DNA of 20,000 bases from the IMG/VR virus record IMGVR_UViG_3300021598_001257. The stretch is one strand, 5' to 3'. The notes below the pieces were generated by a model. It saw nothing but the letters and a program-made list of their open reading frames with translations, did not search any database and had not been told where the DNA came from. Made by a program: the position numbers and the translations under genes. This document shows positions 14,475-20,000 of this stretch, one piece after another; the first letter of the stretch is position 1; each line of letters opens with the position of its first letter. Source of the stretch: an uncultured virus (IMG/VR IMGVR_UViG_3300021598_001257) (lineage: Duplodnaviria; Heunggongvirae; Uroviricota; Caudoviricetes).

Positions 14475-15025
14475 TTTTTTTTCTCATGAGCCCATATCTG
14501 AACAGTATATCTCAACTGCGGGGATTGGGGAGAAAGTGGAGTAACTAAATGTAAGGTTCTGTTATCATTTAAAACTGCGGTTCCCATTTCGGGTATTACC
14601 ACTTTCCAATTTTTGTGGTCTGACAAATATTTTTCTTCTCGATTATTCCAATCAATTTCTTTATCGTAATAAAGAAAATTTCCACCCCAGTCAACATCCC
14701 AATATTCGTTCAAGTAAATTGTCATTGCAAAAACGTATCCATGGTCGGTATGTTTGGAAATACCCGAATTATACTGCCAAACATTAAACCAAGTAGTGAT
14801 ATCACATTCAACCTCTGGAATATGTGGAGCGATTAAATTGGCAATTTGACTTTTAATTTCTTCACCTGTGCTTGTGACAATACAAGATCCATTAATATTA
14901 TTTTTAATTCCCTCCGGCCAAAATACAGTACTAGACTGCCAAACCGGAGTTTGTTCTTTTTTTTTGATTTCCCACAAGTAGTAATTACAGAATTCTTTCG
15001 ATAAGAGATTTTTAATTATTTTCAT
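14471..15025 (-). CDS. 2OG-Fe(II) oxygenase (prolyl-4-hydroxylase-like)
   Basis: HTD (HxD), TIYLN..W..DWGG, distal H (LHLVTP), R-x-T-x-Q 2OG-binding motif. Confidence 0.88.
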   Translation of the reverse strand: MKIIKNLLSKEFCNYYLWEIKKKEQTPVWQSSTVFWPEGIKNNINGSCIVTSTGEEIKSQIANLIAPHIPEVECDITTWFNVWQYNSGISKHTDHGYVFAMTIYLNEYWDVDWGGNFLYYDKEIDWNNREEKYLSDHKNWKVVIPEMGTAVLNDNRTLHLVTPLSPQSPQLRYTVQIWAHEKKK

Positions 15026-15028
15026 TTA

Positions 15029-15400
15029 TCAATCCCAAGAAACATTTTGAACAAGAAATCCAGGCATCACATAAGTCCATGCACCTACATCACCAACTCC
15101 ACCAACTTTATATTTCCATTTATATTCATATTTGTTATGACTGTCCCAGGTCATATAACCCCTTTCTCTATCAAATCGCCCCTTAATTGTCAGAGCAAAT
15201 TTATTAGAAAAAATGTTACGAGTACGAAGTGCTCCACCGGTTTCGCGAGTTTCAATCACTACACAGGTGTCAGAATATGTTTCATTACCTGCCTCCAACA
15301 AACATGGAGTTTCATAACGGAATGGCCGATAAGTTTTAGTCTCTTGTGCGAAAGCAGGAGAAGAGAAAATAATAAAAACAATAGCAAATAGTTTTTTCAT
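15029..15400 (-). CDS. secreted/periplasmic protein with signal peptide
   Basis: MKKLFAIVFIIFSSPAFA|Q signal peptidase I pattern. Confidence 0.75.
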   Translation of the reverse strand: MKKLFAIVFIIFSSPAFAQETKTYRPFRYETPCLLEAGNETYSDTCVVIETRETGGALRTRNIFSNKFALTIKGRFDRERGYMTWDSHNKYEYKWKYKVGGVGDVGAWTYVMPGFLVQNVSWD

Positions 15401-15711
15401 CCGATTACACGATAACAAACAGTAGCATTACCCTTACGGGTTGGTTGAATGTGAGCGAATGCAGAATAACTTAAGTCAATATCTGCATGAGAATATGGAC
15501 CCCTATCATTGACGCGAACGATTACCTGTTTTCCATTGTCTTGATTTGTAACTCTAATCCTACTTCCCATCGGAAGATATGGGTGAGCTGCAGTCCAACG
15601 ATAAGCATCAAATCTTTCTCCATTTGCAGTGATTTGACCGTGGAATCCGTCACCAACCCCATAAAAAGTTGCAATTCCACAAGTAAGTCCAGCAATTAAA
15701 GATTCTACCAT
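15397..15711 (-). CDS. rlpA: RlpA-like double-psi beta-barrel protein (lytic transglycosylase family)
   Basis: GIATFYG..FHGQITANGERFD...TAAHPYLPMGS.IRVTN..NGKQVIVRVNDRGP...IDLSYSAF. Confidence 0.9.
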   Translation of the reverse strand: MVESLIAGLTCGIATFYGVGDGFHGQITANGERFDAYRWTAAHPYLPMGSRIRVTNQDNGKQVIVRVNDRGPYSHADIDLSYSAFAHIQPTRKGNATVCYRVIG

Positions 15712-15712
15712 A

Positions 15713-16606
15713 TTATGAGAAATTATAATGAACTTCGGTATAAAACTCTTTGGAGCACTTGGCATTAGAAAGTTTCATCATCACTGGAGGAAGGAAATAA
15801 GCACACTCAGTTAGAAAATCTTCTTTACTGAGAAACTTTAGACCATACAGCATCCAAGTGCCAAATTGTTTATGAAACTTTCTTACAGCACGATATTGTT
15901 TGCTTGTGACTGGAACATACTTGCTCTTGGCCTTTTCAAAATCTTCCTTTTCACCTGCATTTGCCTGTGTCATCATGATACAGGTAGTTTGACCTTCACC
16001 TGTGCCAAAGTATTCAGCAATCATATACACCCAATGTTCATCCACTGGGAATACATCACGACCATACTTTTGCTCGTATTCTTTCATGCAAGCATCAGCA
16101 ACCAGTTGGAAGTTTTCTTTCTTCTTTGCCTCCAACTCTGCTTTCAACTCTTCCTTTTCAGTTTTAGCAAGCTCTTTGAGAGCATCAGAATACTTTCCTA
16201 CAGCACCACAAGCAATCTGCATTGCTTTGATTCTTTCGTCTTCAGTCATTCTTTCCTCTTTTTCAATGTCAGCGAGTTGTTGAAGAGCATCACCATTTTC
16301 ATTCTGTAGTTTTTCCAATGCTTCAAGTGCTTTGTTTTCTGCTTCTCGTTTTGCTGCTTCTTCAAGCATTTCTTCGTGAGTCATTTCTTTGATGTGCAAT
16401 TGTGTTTCTGGTGTTTGGACTTTTCCCCAAGAACTATCATCAATTGTGAGAGTTTCTTTTCCTTTATCATAAAACCTCAACTTACCATCATTCATAAGTT
16501 CTCGGATTTTCTCCTTTCCATATTGTGTGAGTTCTTGTTTCTTACTACGGAGTTCTTGAATTTCCTCATCAGTCAATCCAATCACCCAAGGCATATCATC
16601 GTTCAT
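15713..16606 (-). CDS. coiled-coil hypothetical protein
   Basis: ORF track, start trimmed to MNDDMPW; long E/K-rich helix plus C-terminal globular domain. Confidence 0.7.
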   Translation of the reverse strand: MNDDMPWVIGLTDEEIQELRSKKQELTQYGKEKIRELMNDGKLRFYDKGKETLTIDDSSWGKVQTPETQLHIKEMTHEEMLEEAAKREAENKALEALEKLQNENGDALQQLADIEKEERMTEDERIKAMQIACGAVGKYSDALKELAKTEKEELKAELEAKKKENFQLVADACMKEYEQKYGRDVFPVDEHWVYMIAEYFGTGEGQTTCIMMTQANAGEKEDFEKAKSKYVPVTSKQYRAVRKFHKQFGTWMLYGLKFLSKEDFLTECAYFLPPVMMKLSNAKCSKEFYTEVHYNFS

Positions 16607-16865
16607 TATAAAATACGAATGCGGTTGAGGTTTTATGATCGTAGTAGTAATACTCTTGAAAGACTCCACTCTCAAATGACTCAATTGTTTCATCAAGTTC
16701 ATCACTACCAGTTGAGTAGTAGCAGTCTAACACAAAATCAGAATATTCACCAACAGGTCCACAGAACCTATCACCAAACTTTGTAATGTCTTTATCTGGG
16801 AAGAGTTCGTAGTAGATGTCTAATACTTCCTGTCCGTATTCTTCTAGGATTTCTTCAAGAGTCAT
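16596..16865 (-). CDS. acidic ArdA-like antirestriction protein (putative DNA mimic)
   Basis: ~22 D/E vs ~5 K/R in 89 aa; EEYG.EV...Y.E.F...DI..F.DRFCG...YSDF...Y...FVF resembles the ArdA C-terminal domains. Confidence 0.45.
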   Translation of the reverse strand: MTLEEILEEYGQEVLDIYYELFPDKDITKFGDRFCGPVGEYSDFVLDCYYSTGSDELDETIESFESGVFQEYYYYDHKTSTAFVFYNER

Positions 16866-17044
16866 TGTTCCCAAGCATAAGATTTCAGGAGTTCGTTGTC
16901 CTTTTCCAACTGCTCTATTCTATCACACAATTCGGTGATAATGTGAATTAGAGAACGATAGTCAATACTCTCAACATCATCTCCATTCTCCATATCAGCA
17001 TAGCATGTGTATAGGAGTTCTTTGGTAAAATTGCGTTCAGTCAT
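16862..17044 (-). CDS. hypothetical protein
   Basis: start at MTERNF; ATGA coupling. Confidence 0.7.
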   Translation of the reverse strand: MTERNFTKELLYTCYADMENGDDVESIDYRSLIHIITELCDRIEQLEKDNELLKSYAWEQ

Positions 17045-17235
17045 ACACTCCACTCCCTTGCTTCCCAATCCATCAAACACATATCAGTTTGCTGTTTATC
17101 AGTATAATTCTCATAAGCATATTGACGACACTCTTCTTCAGTACCCTCAAATAGCATTTCATACATCTTGTGGTCTCCATCATAGGTAAACTTATAAAGT
17201 CCCCACTCATCATAGCAGTCAGGAAAGAAAGGCAT
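17041..17235 (-). CDS. acidic hypothetical protein
   Basis: ORF track; TAATG coupling. Confidence 0.7.
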   Translation of the reverse strand: MPFFPDCYDEWGLYKFTYDGDHKMYEMLFEGTEEECRQYAYENYTDKQQTDMCLMDWEAREWSV

Positions 17236-17558
17236 TATCGTAAGTTCCCATAAGAAAGTTCTTTGATTTCTTCTTTATTCAAAGTTTTACAATACCCAAA
17301 AGTATTATAATCCTCACCAGCATCAAAGACAAAAACAGGAATGTTTCGTTCTTTACAGATTTCTTTGAACTTATTTTCATCAAGTTCAAATTTCCCAACA
17401 TACTCTACATTTGGATACCTGTCCCAAGATACTACAAGTCCTTCAGGATAATAACTCCATTCAAACTCACTAAGTTCTTTGATAATGGTTTCAACTTCTT
17501 CTATGTTTTCGGGATTGGTGTAAATTCTACCATATCCTTTGTATGTGAAGGCAGTCAT
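17235..17558 (-). CDS. hypothetical protein
   Basis: ORF track; first gene after a strong promoter. Confidence 0.75.
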   Translation of the reverse strand: MTAFTYKGYGRIYTNPENIEEVETIIKELSEFEWSYYPEGLVVSWDRYPNVEYVGKFELDENKFKEICKERNIPVFVFDAGEDYNTFGYCKTLNKEEIKELSYGNLR

Positions 17559-17581
17559 CAGGTTTCTGTGTGTATGAGAGT

Positions 17582-17639
17582 ATTATAAGGCATCAGGGCA
17601 CAGAGTTCAAGTGCCCTTGTTCCAGTTTGCGAAGTGTCC
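17582..17639 (-). promoter_or_regulatory. sigma70 promoter with stem-loop over the -35 and upstream GACA-N7-AACTG box
   Basis: TTGAAC-17-TATAAT; inverted repeat AGGGCAC/GTGCCCT (17595-17601, 17611-17617); GGACACTTCGCAAACTG upstream. Confidence 0.85.
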
Positions 17640-18425
17640 TTATGATATTCTTTTTCTCTTGGAAGTGTCTATACCTCTGTTTCTTTGATAGTTAGTAAGT
17701 GCCCCAGCATTAGTAATATGACCTGTTTCTAAACACAACCATTTTTGTGATGCTACATTTTTACCTCCAATTTTACCACCCTTTCTACCATTTTCAGTCA
17801 TTTGTTCTTTACTTTGCCCGTGAATACCAATACCGAGTTCATAAGTTCTATATCCACATTTCCTTCCACTTTCAATCATTTCTTCTTTGGTTCTTCCGTG
17901 TATTCCTATTTTATTTTCATATGTAATTTTACCACCTATTTTACCATCTTCACTCATTTTTTCTCTTGTTCTTCCGTGGGCACCAACTCCAAGTTCATAT
18001 GCTCTTCTACCTCCAATTTTTCCATAAATTTTACCAGTTCTTTTACCATTTTCACTTCTTTGCTCTTTGGTTAATGAATGAACTCCCAATCCAAGTTCAT
18101 AACATTTATTACCACTTCCTCTCAAAACTTCTAACGAAACAATTCCACCACAATTTTCATTTAGACACCATTTATCCATATTGAGAAATGGTTTTATTAC
18201 TTTTGTCTCAACTCTTTTTGCTTCCAACCACCCTTCATCTGTAAAGTCAAAAAGTTGAAGTATTTGTTTCTTTGGAGTATAAAGTTCCCAACACCACTTG
18301 TTTGTTTTTGGAGAACCCCAATACTCTTCACCAAATGCTTTTTCCTTATGAATTCCATAATAGTAATATGGAACTTCTTCAAAGGTAATTTTATACAAGT
18401 ATATTCTTGGACTTTGTGAAGTCAT
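17640..18425 (-). CDS. free-standing GIY-YIG-like (Seg-type) homing endonuclease with C-terminal repeats
   Basis: IYLYKITF...YYYGIH...YWGSP...EAKRVE...CLNEN nuclease module; four ~26-aa GxH..TKE.M.E.G..GG repeats. Confidence 0.7.
   Translation of the reverse strand: MTSQSPRIYLYKITFEEVPYYYYGIHKEKAFGEEYWGSPKTNKWCWELYTPKKQILQLFDFTDEGWLEAKRVETKVIKPFLNMDKWCLNENCGGIVSLEVLRGSGNKCYELGLGVHSLTKEQRSENGKRTGKIYGKIGGRRAYELGVGAHGRTREKMSEDGKIGGKITYENKIGIHGRTKEEMIESGRKCGYRTYELGIGIHGQSKEQMTENGRKGGKIGGKNVASQKWLCLETGHITNAGALTNYQRNRGIDTSKRKRIS
17750..18104 (-). repeat. four tandem peptide repeats in the endonuclease (approximate bounds)
   Basis: YELGLGVHSLTKEQRSENGKRTG / YELGVGAHGRTREKMSEDGKIGG / YENKIGIHGRTKEEMIESGRKCG / YELGIGIHGQSKEQMTENGRKGG. 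Confidence 0.85.
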
Positions 18426-18450
18426 AGTTCTACTCTATAGGTCGCAATAC

Positions 18451-18458
18451 TATTTATA
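18451..18458 (-). promoter_or_regulatory. T4 late promoter TATAAATA
   Basis: perfect consensus 25 nt upstream of the endonuclease ATG. Confidence 0.85.
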
Positions 18459-18459
18459 C

Positions 18460-18482
18460 AAGAAAAGGAGCATTTCTGCTCC
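18460..18482 (-). terminator. intrinsic terminator
   Basis: GGAGCA-GAAA-TGCTCC followed by TTTTCTT. Confidence 0.85.
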
Positions 18483-18515
18483 CTCTCTACCTATAATGCG
18501 ACCTACAGGCACTAT

Positions 18516-18522
18516 TATTTAT
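18516..18522 (-). promoter_or_regulatory. second late-type promoter (ATAAATA)
   Basis: immediately after the stop of 18523..19188 and upstream of the terminator. Confidence 0.55.
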
Positions 18523-19188
18523 CTACCTCAAATTACCTCTCATCATTTTCAAACACTTTTCCCACTCATAACTGTTTCTATCACTTGAAGGTGGAATAAA
18601 CTCTTTAGCAATCCTATCTACAAGAACATCAATAGAAGCATCAGCATCTAAATCACTATCAACAGTAAAAATGTCCTCCCACCATTCCCACAGGAGTTCT
18701 TTTAGAGTGAGTGGTTTGTTCTTCTCTCCCCATTCTTTGATAAGGTCAAGAGAGTTCTTGAAGTTCTTATCATTATCTTCTTCATCAATCTTTCTTTGAA
18801 GTTCTTTCCACTTTTCTGTTTGTTGTGCCTCTCTAAATGCTGTCCTCATTCCTCTTTCTGTTTCTTCTGGTGTTTGTGGTTTCAACCAATCTAATGGGTC
18901 TTTATCGGGATTTTCCTCACACCATTTCACACTCTCACGGACAGCATCCCATTTTTGTTCTTCTTGATACTCTCCTACCTTATAATCCTCTTGTGCAGCA
19001 TTATAACCTCTCTTAAAAGATTTCCAGCAATTGAAATCATCAGTAGTTTTCAGTTCATTTGGATAAACCCCATAATTATCCTTAAATGCTTCTTCTACTG
19101 GTGATTTTGTTTTTTCCAGTTCCTCCAAGAATGAGAGTTTCTTTTCAAGCATTTTGATTTGTGCTTTTACTTCTTCAATTTCAGTCAT
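18523..19188 (-). CDS. mosaic hypothetical protein
   Basis: ORF track; N-terminal coiled coil, KSPVEEAFK..YG.YP module. Confidence 0.75.
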   Translation of the reverse strand: MTEIEEVKAQIKMLEKKLSFLEELEKTKSPVEEAFKDNYGVYPNELKTTDDFNCWKSFKRGYNAAQEDYKVGEYQEEQKWDAVRESVKWCEENPDKDPLDWLKPQTPEETERGMRTAFREAQQTEKWKELQRKIDEEDNDKNFKNSLDLIKEWGEKNKPLTLKELLWEWWEDIFTVDSDLDADASIDVLVDRIAKEFIPPSSDRNSYEWEKCLKMMRGNLR

Positions 19189-19384
19189 TCTTCACCCATT
19201 TACAATCAAAACAAATCTTCATCATAAACCTCACAAACCTATTAGGCACTCTTCCTTCTTCTGGAGTATACATTATTCCAACACCACCAGGACGATTGCC
19301 GAACATATAGCAAGTCCAGTTAGATAATTTTGGATTGCCAATTTTAACTGCTGGGTATTGTGTTTTATACAATTCTTCAGTCAT
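19181..19384 (-). CDS. hypothetical protein
   Basis: ORF track; VPNRFVRFMMKICFDCKW motif. Confidence 0.7.
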   Translation of the reverse strand: MTEELYKTQYPAVKIGNPKLSNWTCYMFGNRPGGVGIMYTPEEGRVPNRFVRFMMKICFDCKWVKND

Positions 19385-19387
19385 TTC

Positions 19388-19588
19388 TCACTCCACATAA
19401 TGATATACAGGTTCGTTGTATTTTCTCAGTAGTCGTATTGCTTCTTGTGCTTCTTCAAGTGTTTGGAATGTATCATTTGAGTAGGGATAATACTTTTTTT
19501 CAGTAAGATGATAATATTGAATATAAAAATAAGGTTTCAAAGTTTTCAAATTGAGGTCTTCTACAATTCGGTAATCATAAACTTTCAT
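19388..19588 (-). CDS. hypothetical protein
   Basis: start at MKVYDY; TAATG coupling. Confidence 0.7.
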   Translation of the reverse strand: MKVYDYRIVEDLNLKTLKPYFYIQYYHLTEKKYYPYSNDTFQTLEEAQEAIRLLRKYNEPVYHYVE

Positions 19589-19815
19589 TATTTCCGTGCC
19601 TCCCAATAACGACCCTCTGGACCACAAGAATAATCAAGTTCTTTCCATCGTTCTGCTCTCAACATATCACAAAACCTATTTTCATTACCAGTCACAGGAT
19701 TTTGTGTTGTATTTGGAGAGGCACAAGTATCATAATGATGAGTTCCATTGAGAATATGGGAAACCCAATCCTTGCGATACCACTTACAATCCTTACATAA
19801 AAGAAGTTCAGTCAT
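19588..19815 (-). CDS. Cys-rich small protein
   Basis: CKDCKW...C...C..LR...CGPEGRYWE; start at MTELLL. Confidence 0.7.
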   Translation of the reverse strand: MTELLLCKDCKWYRKDWVSHILNGTHHYDTCASPNTTQNPVTGNENRFCDMLRAERWKELDYSCGPEGRYWEARK

Positions 19816-20000
19816 CAGTTTTCCCCACATTCAAAGTCAAGGTATTCTACCACAGGTTCTCTCAAAAAGTTACAAAGGTGCCACTGTGCTTCTTCAAATG
19901 TAGAATAATCACCATCCCTATATTCGTCTACAAATATATTATACCAGAACAATCCAAATCTTTTGTGTTGTGGGTAGTATCTGGTTGAGTGTCCGTCTGT
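19815..20000 (-). CDS. hypothetical protein, partial (5' end outside window)
   Basis: open frame ...RYYPQHKRFGLFWY...YSTFEEAQ...EPVVEYL; TGATG coupling. Confidence 0.65.
   Translation of the reverse strand, partial: TDGHSTRYYPQHKRFGLFWYNIFVDEYRDGDYSTFEEAQWHLCNFLREPVVEYLDFECGEN

Noticed and set aside
14474..14482. Poly-T run as terminator or slippage site
   Set aside because: Simply encodes the terminal Lys codons of the oxygenase on the minus strand; both frames are intact
1..20000. tRNA/rRNA genes and the remaining short plus-strand ORFs
   Set aside because: No cloverleaf or T-loop signature in the few intergenic gaps; the plus-strand ORFs overlap better-supported minus-strand genes

Overview
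Accessory (early/middle) region of a T4-like myophage, most likely a cyanophage. This assignment is inferred from the gene content and T4-type late promoters. About 55 tightly packed ORFs are all on the minus strand, many with ATGA/TGATG overlaps. Recognisable products are a Dam-family adenine methyltransferase, an SF2 (ResIII/Type ISP-like) helicase, a degenerate HNH-type nuclease, a KxDG ligase-fold protein, an AbrB/MazE-domain protein, a 2OG-Fe(II) oxygenase, an RlpA-like protein, a probable ArdA-like DNA mimic and a free-standing GIY-YIG-like endonuclease. The most striking non-coding features are: (i) five copies of a 27-bp element GGGCCCYTGRGAKTGTCY-N3-TARTRT with fixed spacing; (ii) a second promoter class with an upstream AACTG box and stem-loops over the -35; (iii) T4 late promoters driving cassettes inserted among early genes; (iv) a promoter-small RNA-terminator unit complementary to the endonuclease leader. 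The best candidate for an undescribed system is the helicase + HNH nuclease + Dam operon, which has a structured intergenic leader. No tRNA, rRNA or CRISPR array was seen. All calls are by eye, with no database searches.
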